From: Flavobacterium sp. | Lineage (GTDB): Bacteria > Bacteroidota > Bacteroidia > Flavobacteriales > Flavobacteriaceae | Direction: 5' to 3' | Assembly: GCF_035299005.1 (NCBI RefSeq) | Contig: NZ_DATGXL010000005.1 | Span: 5,756-69,755, forward strand | DNA length: 64,000 nt | Part shown: piece by piece, positions 1-9,732 of the stretch | Layout of the letters: every line of letters starts with the position of its first letter | Position numbering within the stretch: the stretch's first letter is position 1 | Notes under the pieces: model-generated | Told to the model about the DNA's origin: nothing | Database searches by the model: none | The model's input: the letters and a program-made list of their open reading frames with translations, nothing else | Made by a program: the position numbers and the translations under genes

Positions 1-1
1 A

Positions 2-235
2 AGTAAATATAAAAATCAAATTTTAAATTTAAAAATAGAATATGATCGAGCATTTTTAAATACTGAAAGTAGAAAAGTAAATGTAATAATTCATGGTTTT
101 GATCAAAAGCCATCTAGTGTTATTTTGAACCAAAAAAGAATAAAAAAATCTAAATATAAATTTGAAAATAATCTAATAATAATTTCTTTAGACTGTGAAT
201 TAGATTTAACACATGAAATCGAAATTAAACGTTAA
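2..235 (+). CDS. 3' end of an upstream gene (partial); by context possibly a glycoside hydrolase C-terminal domain
   Basis: Frame open from the window edge (SKYKNQILNLK...HEIEIKR) to TAA at 233-235, ending 1 nt before the ATG at 237. The product guess rests only on the adjacent GH13 genes. Confidence 0.6.
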   Translation, partial: SKYKNQILNLKIEYDRAFLNTESRKVNVIIHGFDQKPSSVILNQKRIKKSKYKFENNLIIISLDCELDLTHEIEIKR

Positions 236-236
236 T

Positions 237-1892
237 ATGAAAAAATCACTTCTTACAATTGCACTTGTTTCTTTATTAATTTCAAGTTGTTCATCAACAA
301 AAGAGATAAAGAATACTACTACTAAAACACCTTTCATATGGGAGGGAGCAAATGTTTATTTTTTAATGACGGATAGATTTTTAAATGGAAACCCAAATAA
401 TGACAACATCATCAAAAGAGATAAACCAACAGCTAAATTGCGTGGTTTTGAAGGCGGAGACATTAGTGGCGTGATTAAAAAATTAGACGAAGGTTATTTT
501 TCAGATTTAGGAATTAATGTAATCTGGATGACTCCTGTTGTTGAACAAATTCATGGTTCGGTGGATGAAGGAACAGGTAATACTTATGGTTTTCATGGTT
601 ATTGGACAAAAGACTGGACAACACTTGATCCAAGTTTTGGTACCAAAGAAGAGTTAAAAGAGTTAGTTGATAAAGCACACGCTAAAGGAATTAGAATTAT
701 GCTTGATGCCGTGATTAATCATACAGGTCATGCAACAGAAATAGATGATAAATATCCCGATAGTTGGGTGCGTTCAACACCTAATTGTAAATATAATTCA
801 TATGATTCTAACATAAATTGTACTTTGGTTACAGGACTTTTTGATGTAAAAACCGAAAGTAAAGAAAATGTAGAATTGCCACCTTTTTTAGTTGAAAAAT
901 GGAAAAAAGAAGGGCGTTATGAACAAGAAATTGTAGAATTAGAAGCTTTTTTCAAGAAAACTGGTTATCCGAGAGCGCCTAGATATTACATTATGAAATG
1001 GTTATCTGATTATATTTTAGATTTTGGCATAGACGCTTATAGAGTAGATACCGTAAAACATACTACTGAAGATGTTTGGGCAGATTTTGGAAAAGTTTGT
1101 GATATGTCTTTTGCTGAATTTAAAGCTAACAATCCTACAAAGGTATTGGATAATAACGCGTTTTTTATTGTTGGAGAAGTTTATGGGTACAATATTGGTA
1201 GCAAACGATTATACGATTATGGTGATAAAATAGTTGATTATTATGCCAATGGTTTTACAGGATTAATCAATTTTGATTTTAGAAACGAAGCAAAAATGAA
1301 TTATGAAGAATTATTTTCAAAATATTCAAATATTCTTCAGAATGATTTAAAAGGAAATACGGTAATGAATTACGTCTCTTCGCATGATGATGGCTGGCCT
1401 TTTGATAAAAAAAGAGAAAAGACGTATGAAAGTGGTACGAAACTATTACTTGCTCCTGGGATTTCACAAATTTATTATGGAGATGAAACAGCTCGATCAT
1501 TAGATATTGAAGGAACCACAGGTGATGCAACACTTCGTTCTATGATGAATTGGGATGATATTGCAAGTAAAAAATCAACAAAAGAATTGTTAGTACATTA
1601 TCAAAAATTGGGAGTTTTTAGAAAAAATCATCCTGCAATTGGAGCTGGTGTACACCAAAAGATATCAAGTAATTATTATTTGTTTACTCGAACATTTTCG
1701 TCGGAAAACTATATAGATAAAGTTATAGTGGGCTTAGATTTTCCCATTGGAAACAAAGAAATAAATGTTGCAAATTATTTCCCTGAGGGCACTAATGTAA
1801 GAGATGCTTATTCAGGACAATTAGCTAAAGTAGAAAACGGAAAAATTACAATCAATACAAATTATACCATATTATTAATAGAAATTTTATAA
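237..1892 (+). CDS. GH13 alpha-amylase family lipoprotein
   Basis: Lipobox LISSC; GH13 regions DAVINH, AYRVDTVKH, VGEVYG, SSHDD. Start moved from 213 to 237, just after the upstream stop. Confidence 0.92.
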   Translation: MKKSLLTIALVSLLISSCSSTKEIKNTTTKTPFIWEGANVYFLMTDRFLNGNPNNDNIIKRDKPTAKLRGFEGGDISGVIKKLDEGYFSDLGINVIWMTPVVEQIHGSVDEGTGNTYGFHGYWTKDWTTLDPSFGTKEELKELVDKAHAKGIRIMLDAVINHTGHATEIDDKYPDSWVRSTPNCKYNSYDSNINCTLVTGLFDVKTESKENVELPPFLVEKWKKEGRYEQEIVELEAFFKKTGYPRAPRYYIMKWLSDYILDFGIDAYRVDTVKHTTEDVWADFGKVCDMSFAEFKANNPTKVLDNNAFFIVGEVYGYNIGSKRLYDYGDKIVDYYANGFTGLINFDFRNEAKMNYEELFSKYSNILQNDLKGNTVMNYVSSHDDGWPFDKKREKTYESGTKLLLAPGISQIYYGDETARSLDIEGTTGDATLRSMMNWDDIASKKSTKELLVHYQKLGVFRKNHPAIGAGVHQKISSNYYLFTRTFSSENYIDKVIVGLDFPIGNKEINVANYFPEGTNVRDAYSGQLAKVENGKITINTNYTILLIEIL

Positions 1893-1895
1893 ACA

Positions 1896-3305
1896 ATGAA
1901 AAAGATATTTTTATCAGTTATGATGCTTTCAGCTCTATTTAGTTGTAAGCAAGAACCTAAACAAGAAGACACAACAGCAGAAATTGCAGCATTTTCTCCT
2001 GAAGTAGAAGAAAACGGAGTAATATATGAAGCAAATATTCGTCAATATTCTCCTGAAGGAACTTTTAATGAATTCACTAAAGATATCCCAAAATTAAAAG
2101 AATTAGGAGTAAAAGTTATTTGGTTAATGCCTGTTTTTCCAATTTCTGAAACCAAAAGAAAAGCAACTGGTGGAGCGGATAGCAAATTTGCATCTGAAAT
2201 GCCAAAAGAAGAGCAAGCTAAATATCTAGGAAGCTATTATGCAGTAACCGATTTTAAAGCGATTAACCCAGAATTTGGTACCATTGAAGATTTTAGAAAA
2301 TTAGTAAAAACAGCACACGAAAATGGAATTTATGTAATTTTAGATTGGGTGCCAAATCATACGGGTTGGGATCATGTTTGGTTAAAAGAACATCCAGAAT
2401 TTTATACTAAAAATGAAAAAGGGGAAATTACACATCCGAAAGATACTGACTGGACTGATGTTGCAGATTTGAATTATGACAACAAAGAGCTTCATAAAGT
2501 GATGACGGCTGATATGATGCATTGGATTAAAAATGAAGGAGTTGATGGATTTCGTTGCGATGTAGCTGGTTCGGTTCCTGTAGAATTTTGGCAAAAAGCA
2601 ATTCCGGCGTTACGTAAAGAAAAAAATATTTTTATGTTAGCAGAAGCTTGGGAACCAGCTTTACTAAAAGATAATTTATTCGATATGGTTTATGGATGGG
2701 ATGCACATCATACATTCAATAAAATTGCGCAAGGGAAAGAAACTGTTGCTGCTTGGGATGCATATATTGAAAAACGCATGAAAGACTATGAAGCAAATGA
2801 TATTTTGATGAATTTTGTGGACAATCATGATGAAAATTCATGGAATGGAACTATTAAAAGTAGGTTAGGAGCAGCAGAAGAGGCAATGACGGCTCTGTCA
2901 TATGTTATGCCAGGTATGCCATTAATTTATAGCGGCAACGAGTATGGATTAGACCATAGTTTAAAATTCTTTGAAAAAGATTCAATTCCAAAAACAAAAG
3001 GTGCCGATTGGGAATTAAGATCAAAATTAGGAAAATTAAAAGCGGAGAACATAGCTTTAAATGGTGGAAAAAATAAAGCAACTTATAAGAGAATTAAAGC
3101 CTCTAATGAAAATGTTTTAGTATTTGAAAGAGAAAAAAACGGCAAAAAAGTAATTTATATGGCAAACTTTTCTGCAAAACCAGTTGATGTAACTATACCA
3201 TTAAAAGGTAAATTTAAAGATTATATGACTGGTAAAACTATGGAGTTAAATGAAAAACAAATTCATTCATTAACACCTTGGCAATATTATATTTTGACAG
3301 AATAG
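1896..3305 (+). CDS. GH13 alpha-amylase family lipoprotein
   Basis: Lipobox LFSC; DWVPNH, GFRCDVA, LAEAW, DNHDE catalytic motifs. Confidence 0.92.
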   Translation: MKKIFLSVMMLSALFSCKQEPKQEDTTAEIAAFSPEVEENGVIYEANIRQYSPEGTFNEFTKDIPKLKELGVKVIWLMPVFPISETKRKATGGADSKFASEMPKEEQAKYLGSYYAVTDFKAINPEFGTIEDFRKLVKTAHENGIYVILDWVPNHTGWDHVWLKEHPEFYTKNEKGEITHPKDTDWTDVADLNYDNKELHKVMTADMMHWIKNEGVDGFRCDVAGSVPVEFWQKAIPALRKEKNIFMLAEAWEPALLKDNLFDMVYGWDAHHTFNKIAQGKETVAAWDAYIEKRMKDYEANDILMNFVDNHDENSWNGTIKSRLGAAEEAMTALSYVMPGMPLIYSGNEYGLDHSLKFFEKDSIPKTKGADWELRSKLGKLKAENIALNGGKNKATYKRIKASNENVLVFEREKNGKKVIYMANFSAKPVDVTIPLKGKFKDYMTGKTMELNEKQIHSLTPWQYYILTE

Positions 3306-3326
3306 TCAAATAAAAAATAAAATTTT

Positions 3327-3356
3327 AAAGTCCTGTTGTTTTCGGCAGGACTTTTT
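3327..3356 (+). terminator. Intrinsic terminator after the GH13 genes
   Basis: aaagtcctgttg-tttt-cggcaggacttt followed by T residues. Confidence 0.8.
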
Positions 3357-3396
3357 ATTTAAAAATTATAACCGATATTTGTAAAAAACAAATCCT

Positions 3397-4605
3397 TTGA
3401 ATTCAAAATACGACATCATCATAATAGGCGGAGGTGCAGCCGGATTTTTCACAGCAATCAATATTGTTGAAAAAAATAGCAATCTAAAAGTAGCTATTCT
3501 TGAGAGGGGGAAAAACGTTTTAGAAAAAGTACGAATCTCGGGAGGTGGAAGATGTAATGTAACACACGCTTGTTTTGTTCCAAATGATTTAGTAAAATTT
3601 TATCCACGAGGAGAACGTGAACTAAAAGGGCCATTTCATCAGTTTTGTTCTGGTGATACTATTGAATGGTTTGAAAAACACGGTGTGGATCTTAAAATTG
3701 AAGAAGATGGAAGAATGTTTCCTGTTTCTAATTCATCACAAACTATTATTGATTGCTTTCTAGATGCTGTTAAAAAACTAAAAATAGATGTTTTAACGAA
3801 TCATAGTGTTCAGGAGCTTTATAAAACTGATGTGCACTGGAAAGTGACTACATTACAAGGAGTTTTTGCTTGTCAAAAAATTGTAATGGCTTCTGGTAGT
3901 AATCCAAAAATGTGGGAATTGCTTCAAAACTTAGGGCATAGAATTGTGGTACCTGTTCCGTCTTTATTTACTTTTAATATTAAAGATCCACGAATTAAAG
4001 ATTTGATGGGACTCTCAGCTTTTGCGACTGTAAAAGTTAAAAAATCAAAATTACAAGCCTCTGGCCCATTATTAATAACACATTGGGGTATGAGTGGCCC
4101 CGGAATTTTGAGGCTTTCAGCTTGGGGAGCAAGAGAATTAGCCGAAAAAAAGTATCAGTTTTCTATCCAAGTAAATTGGTTAAATGAGACCACTATTGAA
4201 GAAACAATAGATATGTTAAAAAAGATTAAAGAGCAAAATGCTAAAAAACTAGTTGCAAAATATGCGCATTTTGAATTACCAAAACGGCTATGGGAAAATC
4301 TTGTAAAAGCGTCTGGAATTGAAGAAGAAACCAAATGGGCAGATGTAAGCAAAAAGCAATTAAACGCTTTTGCAGAACAACTTATTAATGCAGAATTTCA
4401 TGTTAGCGGGAAAAGCACCTTTAAAGAAGAATTTGTAACCGCAGGTGGAATCGACTTAAAAGAAGTCAATTTCAAAACCATGGAAAGCAAAATTCTTCCA
4501 AATATTTATTTTGCAGGTGAGATACTAAATATTGACGCCATCACAGGTGGGTTCAATTTTCAAAACGCCTGGACAGGTGGATTTATAGTTGCAAATTCGA
4601 TTTAA
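3397..4605 (+). CDS. HI0933/BaiN(YhiN)-family NAD(P)/FAD-dependent oxidoreductase
   Basis: IIGGGAAG, KVRISGGGRCNVT, FVTAGG, YFAGE..D...TGGFNFQNAW motifs; TTG start. Confidence 0.9.
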   Translation: MNSKYDIIIIGGGAAGFFTAINIVEKNSNLKVAILERGKNVLEKVRISGGGRCNVTHACFVPNDLVKFYPRGERELKGPFHQFCSGDTIEWFEKHGVDLKIEEDGRMFPVSNSSQTIIDCFLDAVKKLKIDVLTNHSVQELYKTDVHWKVTTLQGVFACQKIVMASGSNPKMWELLQNLGHRIVVPVPSLFTFNIKDPRIKDLMGLSAFATVKVKKSKLQASGPLLITHWGMSGPGILRLSAWGARELAEKKYQFSIQVNWLNETTIEETIDMLKKIKEQNAKKLVAKYAHFELPKRLWENLVKASGIEEETKWADVSKKQLNAFAEQLINAEFHVSGKSTFKEEFVTAGGIDLKEVNFKTMESKILPNIYFAGEILNIDAITGGFNFQNAWTGGFIVANSI

Positions 4606-4606
4606 A

Positions 4607-5008
4607 TTAATAAGTTGAATCATCTGGTGCACTTCCAGTAGGAAGCGAAGATTTGCTTAAATCCGTTTCTTTTTTGGTTGTTAAAAACGTAAATTCTGTT
4701 ACTTGAATTTCTGTGGTATATTTTGTTGCGCCATCTTCAGCTTGCCATTGACGAGATTTGATTCGTCCTTCAATATAAATTTTATCACCTTTAGAAAGAT
4801 ATTTTTCACAAATTTCGGCAGCTTTATTACGAACTACAATGTTATGCCATTCGGTAGAAGTAATTTTTTCACCTGTTGTTTTATTTATGTACACTTCGTT
4901 AGTAGCTAAAGGAAATCTTCCTATACAATTACCTCCTTCAAAGTAATGCATTTTAATTTCATCTCCAAGATGTCCTATCAAAATGACTTTATTTAATGTT
5001 CCGTTCAT
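4607..5008 (-). CDS. ssb: Single-stranded DNA-binding protein
   Basis: LNKVILIGHLG, TEWHNIV, IYIEGRIKSRQW OB-fold motifs. C-terminal tip is atypical (DDSTY). Confidence 0.93.
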   Translation of the reverse strand: MNGTLNKVILIGHLGDEIKMHYFEGGNCIGRFPLATNEVYINKTTGEKITSTEWHNIVVRNKAAEICEKYLSKGDKIYIEGRIKSRQWQAEDGATKYTTEIQVTEFTFLTTKKETDLSKSSLPTGSAPDDSTY

Positions 5009-5046
5009 GGCTTGTATGTGTTTTTGGGTTATTCAAAAGTAATAAT

Positions 5047-6096
5047 TTATAATGAATTAAAACAATTTGAAAGCATAAAATTATGAATTACAATTGGAAA
5101 TGGCAATTTTTCAATTTCAGCAAGTGTTTTTGAATCAGGTAATTTTGCATTAAAATTTAATTGAAAAAAACTAATATGTAAATTTTGATGCGATAATTTA
5201 TGAAGAATAATCTTCTGATTTAAAATAAAAATCTCATTAGGTTTTTGATTAAAAAAAACCATAGAATTAAGTTGACTCATAAAATCATGTTCTGAAACTA
5301 ACTCTTCCGTTTCAATCATCGGGAATTCATATAGATTTTTCCAAATACCTTTGCCTTCTCGTTTTTGAACAATATAATTGGAATCATTGTCCTTTAAAAT
5401 CAAATAATTCAAATAACGATTAGTTACTTTTGTTTTTTTAGTCTTTACAGGTAATTCTAAAACTTTTTTATGTTGAAGCGCAGCACAACTTGAATTTAAA
5501 ACACAAGAATTACAATCTGGATTTTTTGGGACACATTGTAAGGCGCCAAATTCCATTATTGCCTGATTAAAAAGAGCTGGATTGTCTATAGGTAATACTT
5601 CTTGAGCGATATTCTGAAACTCTTTTTTGGTTTTACCAACTGAAATATCACTATCAATATTAAAATAACGACTCAATACTCTAAAAACATTTCCGTCTAA
5701 AACAGCAACGGGTTCGTTGTATGAAAAAGAAGCAATTGCTGCGGCGGTATATTCGCCAACACCTTTTAATTTTAATAAATTTTTATAATTTTCAGGAAAA
5801 ACACCATTTAATTCAATTGCAATAAATTTTGCAGTTGCATGTAAATTTCTTGCTCTGGAATAATATCCTAAACCTTGCCATAATTTCAATACTTGTTCTT
5901 CTTCAGCGTTTGCTAAATCAAAAATAGTAGGAAAAGCTTTTGTGAAAGCATTAAAATAAGGCAAACCTTGAGCAACACGCGTTTGTTGCAACATGATTTC
6001 TGACAACCAAATTAAGTATGGATTTGTGGTGTTTCGCCATGGTAAATCACGCTTATTTTGTAAATACCATTTAATTAAAGAGTTAGAAAATTGCAT
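5047..6096 (-). CDS. mutY: A/G-specific adenine glycosylase
   Basis: WLSEIMLQQT, WQGLGYYSRARNL, LKGVGEYTA, DGNVFRV and the CxPKNPxCxxCxLxxxC Fe-S motif. Confidence 0.95.
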   Translation of the reverse strand: MQFSNSLIKWYLQNKRDLPWRNTTNPYLIWLSEIMLQQTRVAQGLPYFNAFTKAFPTIFDLANAEEEQVLKLWQGLGYYSRARNLHATAKFIAIELNGVFPENYKNLLKLKGVGEYTAAAIASFSYNEPVAVLDGNVFRVLSRYFNIDSDISVGKTKKEFQNIAQEVLPIDNPALFNQAIMEFGALQCVPKNPDCNSCVLNSSCAALQHKKVLELPVKTKKTKVTNRYLNYLILKDNDSNYIVQKREGKGIWKNLYEFPMIETEELVSEHDFMSQLNSMVFFNQKPNEIFILNQKIILHKLSHQNLHISFFQLNFNAKLPDSKTLAEIEKLPFPIVIHNFMLSNCFNSL

Positions 6097-6178
6097 ATTT
6101 TTATATTGGTCAACAAAAATAAATCTTTAGTAATTAAAATTTAATCAATTATGATTGATTTATTATTTTTTTAATTCT

Positions 6179-6186
6179 TATATTTG
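6179..6186 (+). promoter_or_regulatory. Bacteroidota sigma-ABfr -7 promoter element for HU-bS22-rne
   Basis: TATATTTG matches TAnnTTTG 38 nt upstream of the HU ATG. A divergent TATTTTTG for mutY lies at 6114-6121 on the minus strand. Confidence 0.65.
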
Positions 6187-6224
6187 CAAACTCAAAAAAA
6201 TACACAATATAAATACGAAAGAAA

Positions 6225-6518
6225 ATGACGAAAGCAGATATCGTAGCGAAAATTTCAGAAAAATTAGGACTTGAAAAAGGAGATGTTCAAGCAACTGTTG
6301 AAACTTTTATGGAAGAAGTAAAAAATTCATTAGAAACTGGTGACAATGTTTACTTAAGAGGTTTTGGAAGTTTTATTATCAAAACAAGAGCTGAGAAAAC
6401 AGGAAGAAACATTTCTAAAAACACTACAATTAAAATCCCTGCACACAACATTCCAGCATTTAAACCGGCTAAAGTGTTTGTAGAAAGCGTTAAAGAAAAA
6501 ACAGAAGTTACAGTATAA
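6225..6518 (+). CDS. hup: HU family DNA-binding protein
   Basis: MTKADIV, VYLRGFGSF, GRNISKNTTIKIPAHNIPAFKP. Confidence 0.93.
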   Translation: MTKADIVAKISEKLGLEKGDVQATVETFMEEVKNSLETGDNVYLRGFGSFIIKTRAEKTGRNISKNTTIKIPAHNIPAFKPAKVFVESVKEKTEVTV

Positions 6519-6550
6519 AAATAAATTATTAATCTAAACACCAACATGTT

Positions 6551-6643
6551 ATGCCAAGTGGTAAAAAAAGAAAAAGACATAAGGTAGCAACTCACAAACG
6601 TAAAAAAAGAGCGAGAGCAAACCGTCATAAAAAGAAAAAGTAG
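6551..6643 (+). CDS. 30S ribosomal protein bS22-type basic peptide (not in the ORF track)
   Basis: Translates to MPSGKKRKRHKVATHKRKKRARANRHKKKK (30 aa), which I recognise as the Bacteroidota bS22/AURKAIP1-COX24-type sequence. Confidence 0.85.
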   Translation: MPSGKKRKRHKVATHKRKKRARANRHKKKK

Positions 6644-6667
6644 TTTAAAACTACTTTTTCTTTTTTT
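6634..6667 (+). terminator. Terminator-like hairpin after bS22
   Basis: gaaaaagtag-tttaaaa-ctactttttc followed by T7. Confidence 0.65.
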
Positions 6668-6782
6668 AGAAAAAAGTTCATTGAAATTAGCCAATTTGAA
6701 ATTGGCTATCGGGAAAAATCCTGTAAAATTATTGTTTAATCCATTTGTTCCAAGTTAATTGGAATGGATAAAAATGTACCGC

Positions 6783-8333
6783 ATGAACAAAGAATTAATT
6801 ATTCGATCAGGTTCAGACGCTGTAGATTTTGCCTTATTAAAAGATGGAAAACTAATTGAATTACACAAAGAAGAGGAAAAACAAAGCAATTTTGCTGTAG
6901 GGGATATTTTTATCGCCAAAATACGCAAACCTGTCGCTGGTTTAAATGCCGCATTTGTTAACCTAGGTTATGAAAAAGATGCTTTTTTGCATTATCATGA
7001 TTTAGGCCCAAATCTTCCTTCTTTGATGAAATTCATCAAACTTGTAAGCGCAGGTAAAATAAAAGATTATTCACTCAAAAATTTTCCTTTTGAAGCTGAA
7101 ATCAACAAAGACGGATCTATTATGGATATTTTAAGTCCAAATCAGTCGATTTTAGTTCAAGTGGTTAAAGAACCTATTTCTACAAAAGGTCCCAGAATTA
7201 GTTCTGAGATTTCTTTAGCAGGAAGATACGTGGTTTTAGTCCCTTTTTCAGATAGAGTTTCTGTTTCTCAAAAAATAGAATCAAGAGAAGAAAAAGACAG
7301 ATTAAAAAGACTGGTTCAATCCATTAAACCAAAAGGATTCGGTGTTATTGTACGAACAGTAGCCGAAGGCAAAAAAGTAGCCGAACTTGATAAAGATCTA
7401 CAAACCCTTTTAGACAGATGGTCATCGATGAGCAGAAGATTACAAACTGCACATCATCCATCAAAAGTTCTAGGAGAGTTAAACAAAGCTTCATCTATTT
7501 TAAGAGATGTATTTAACGATACATTTTCTTGTATTCATGTAGATGACGAAGATTTGTATTTAGAAACGAAGGAGTATTTGCAAGAAATAGCTCCGGATAA
7601 AGTGTCTATCGTAAAACACTATCAGTCAAAAGAACTGCCTCTTTTTGAGAAATATCATATAGAACGACAAATAAAAACGTCTTTTGGAAAAACAGTTTCC
7701 ATGAGCAAAGGTGCTTATTTAATTATTGAACACACAGAAGCTTTACACGTTATTGACGTAAATAGCGGAAACCGTTCAGCAAAAGCATCAAGCCAAGAAG
7801 ATACTGCTCTTGAAGTTAACATGATTGCTGCAGCAGAAATTGCTCGACAACTAAGACTCAGAGACATGGGCGGAATTATTGTGGTGGATTTTATCGATAT
7901 GCAAAATCCAGAAAACCGCAAAGTGTTATATGATTTCTTGAAAGAAGAAATGAGTGACGATAAGGCCAAGCATAAAATCTTGCCTCCTAGCAAATTTGGA
8001 TTAATTCAAATAACTAGACAAAGAGTTAGACCTGAAGTTAATATCAAGACTAGAGAAGAAGACCCTAACAATGAAAATGGGGAAATTGAAGCTCCTATTT
8101 TGATTATTGATAAAATAACGGCTGACCTAGAACGCATTATCAAAGACCATAAAAAAGTTGTACTTAACGTGCATCCGTTTGTGGCAGCATACCTTACCAA
8201 AGGTTTTCCATCATTACGTTCAAAATGGTTTTTTGAACATAAAAAATGGGTGAAAATTATACCTCGTGACGCTTACACGTATCTAGAGTTTCATTTCTTC
8301 GATAAAGAAGGCAATGAAATTATAGTAAAATAA
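6783..8333 (+). CDS. Rne/Rng family ribonuclease (RNase E/G)
   Basis: S1 domain (LNAAFV, VQVVKEPISTKGPR), VIDVNSG, GGIIVVDFIDM, SKFGLIQITRQR. Start moved from 6759 to 6783. Confidence 0.93.
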   Translation: MNKELIIRSGSDAVDFALLKDGKLIELHKEEEKQSNFAVGDIFIAKIRKPVAGLNAAFVNLGYEKDAFLHYHDLGPNLPSLMKFIKLVSAGKIKDYSLKNFPFEAEINKDGSIMDILSPNQSILVQVVKEPISTKGPRISSEISLAGRYVVLVPFSDRVSVSQKIESREEKDRLKRLVQSIKPKGFGVIVRTVAEGKKVAELDKDLQTLLDRWSSMSRRLQTAHHPSKVLGELNKASSILRDVFNDTFSCIHVDDEDLYLETKEYLQEIAPDKVSIVKHYQSKELPLFEKYHIERQIKTSFGKTVSMSKGAYLIIEHTEALHVIDVNSGNRSAKASSQEDTALEVNMIAAAEIARQLRLRDMGGIIVVDFIDMQNPENRKVLYDFLKEEMSDDKAKHKILPPSKFGLIQITRQRVRPEVNIKTREEDPNNENGEIEAPILIIDKITADLERIIKDHKKVVLNVHPFVAAYLTKGFPSLRSKWFFEHKKWVKIIPRDAYTYLEFHFFDKEGNEIIVK

Positions 8334-8356
8334 TATAGGATGTATCCTGTAAAAAT

Positions 8357-8390
8357 AAAAACCGCCTTTCGAAAGATTGGCGGTTTTTTT
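8357..8390. terminator. Bidirectional terminator between rne and the SIMPL gene
   Basis: aaaaaccgcc...ggcggttttt with A and T tails between convergent genes. Confidence 0.8.
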
Positions 8391-8409
8391 ATGTCTTAAA
8401 ATTCAAAAT

Positions 8410-9171
8410 TTAATCCAACTCATATTCCAATCTCACAGTAATTCTAGCTGTTTTGTTTTTGCTATACGTATCATTGTTCCCGCCATAGCTATCTTCTTCG
8501 GTAGAACCTTGACCTGTAATTTGGAAAACACCCATGCTTGCCGATTTCAATTTTCCTAAACTTCCATCTGCCGTTTTTACAATTTTTTGTGCACGTTCAC
8601 TAGCGTCTTTTGAAGCATTTTGAATCAAACTGTGCTTTAAACTTGGCAAATCAGAATACGTATATTGAATAGAATTAGAAGACAATTCAATTCCCGAATT
8701 AATCAATTCAGATGTTTTGCTTGAAACTTCTTCAATTCGTTTCATTAATTCAGGGTTTTTCTTGGCTGAAAAAGTAATGGTTTGTGTAGCTTCATAACCA
8801 TCAAAAACTTGTTCGTATTTAGTTTGGTAAGCTACTTCTGAATTTTCGGTTCTAACCTCTCTAAAGCGTTTGTTGAATTGTACCGCTCCAAACGTAAATT
8901 CTTCTTTCTTGAAACCTTTGTTCAAAAAGAAATCAGAAACAATTTTTTGATCAGAAATCATCTTGTTATAAGCTTCTTTAATGTCAAAACTCTTGGTTGT
9001 AAAACTTCCCGACCATAAAATCTCATCAGAAACGAAATCTTTTGTTCCTAATCCAATTACTGAAATAGTGTCTAAATTTTCATTACGATTTTTAAATGCT
9101 GAACCTAAAATAAATGCTGTAATAATTATTGAAATTCCAATAATTAAGGTTGATTTTAATCTACTTTCCAT
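8410..9171 (-). CDS. SIMPL (DUF541) domain protein
   Basis: N-terminal TM segment; ISVIGLGTKDF, ASKDASERAQKI, GSLGKLKSASMGVFQI, KTARITV pattern. Confidence 0.8.
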   Translation of the reverse strand: MESRLKSTLIIGISIIITAFILGSAFKNRNENLDTISVIGLGTKDFVSDEILWSGSFTTKSFDIKEAYNKMISDQKIVSDFFLNKGFKKEEFTFGAVQFNKRFREVRTENSEVAYQTKYEQVFDGYEATQTITFSAKKNPELMKRIEEVSSKTSELINSGIELSSNSIQYTYSDLPSLKHSLIQNASKDASERAQKIVKTADGSLGKLKSASMGVFQITGQGSTEEDSYGGNNDTYSKNKTARITVRLEYELD

Positions 9172-9249
9172 ACTTTATAAAATTAGCTTGTTTTCTAATG
9201 CTATATCAAAAGGTATACCAAGTTACAAATTTTTAACTCGCTTTGAAAA

Positions 9250-9690
9250 TTATCGCTTATTTTTAAAAAAAGCTTTCATCAAATCACTACACTCTTTTTC
9301 TAAAACACCTGAAATTACTTGAGTTTTCGGATGTAATTGTGTTCCCATTTTTTGAAAACCTCTATTTTCATCGGAAGCACCAAAAACAATTTTAGAAATT
9401 TGAGACCAATACAAAGCGCCTGCACACATTTGGCAAGGTTCTAAGGTTACGTACAAAGTACAATCTTTTAAATATTTTCCACCTAAGAAGTTTGCAGCGC
9501 TGGTTATGGCTTGCATTTCGGCATGAGCGGTTACATCATGAAGCAATTCGGTCAAGTTATGCGTGCGAGCAATTACTTTATTATCGATAACAATAACAGC
9601 TCCCACAGGAATTTCGCCTTTTTCAAAAGCTACTTCAGCTTCTTGTAAGGCTTTCTTCATAAAAAAGGCGTCGTTAAAAATATTCTCCAT
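9250..9690 (-). CDS. tadA: Nucleoside deaminase (TadA-like tRNA adenosine deaminase)
   Basis: GEIPVGAV, TAHAE, TLEPCQMCAGA zinc motifs. Confidence 0.85.
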   Translation of the reverse strand: MENIFNDAFFMKKALQEAEVAFEKGEIPVGAVIVIDNKVIARTHNLTELLHDVTAHAEMQAITSAANFLGGKYLKDCTLYVTLEPCQMCAGALYWSQISKIVFGASDENRGFQKMGTQLHPKTQVISGVLEKECSDLMKAFFKNKR

Positions 9691-9695
9691 AAGTA

Positions 9696-9725
9696 CAAAA
9701 ATACGATAACCAATTCTTACTTTTG
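9696..9725. promoter_or_regulatory. Back-to-back -7 promoter boxes for tadA and dxs
   Basis: TATTTTTG on the minus strand at 9696-9703 and TACTTTTG on the plus strand at 9718-9725. Confidence 0.6.
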
Positions 9726-9732
9726 TGCTGTA

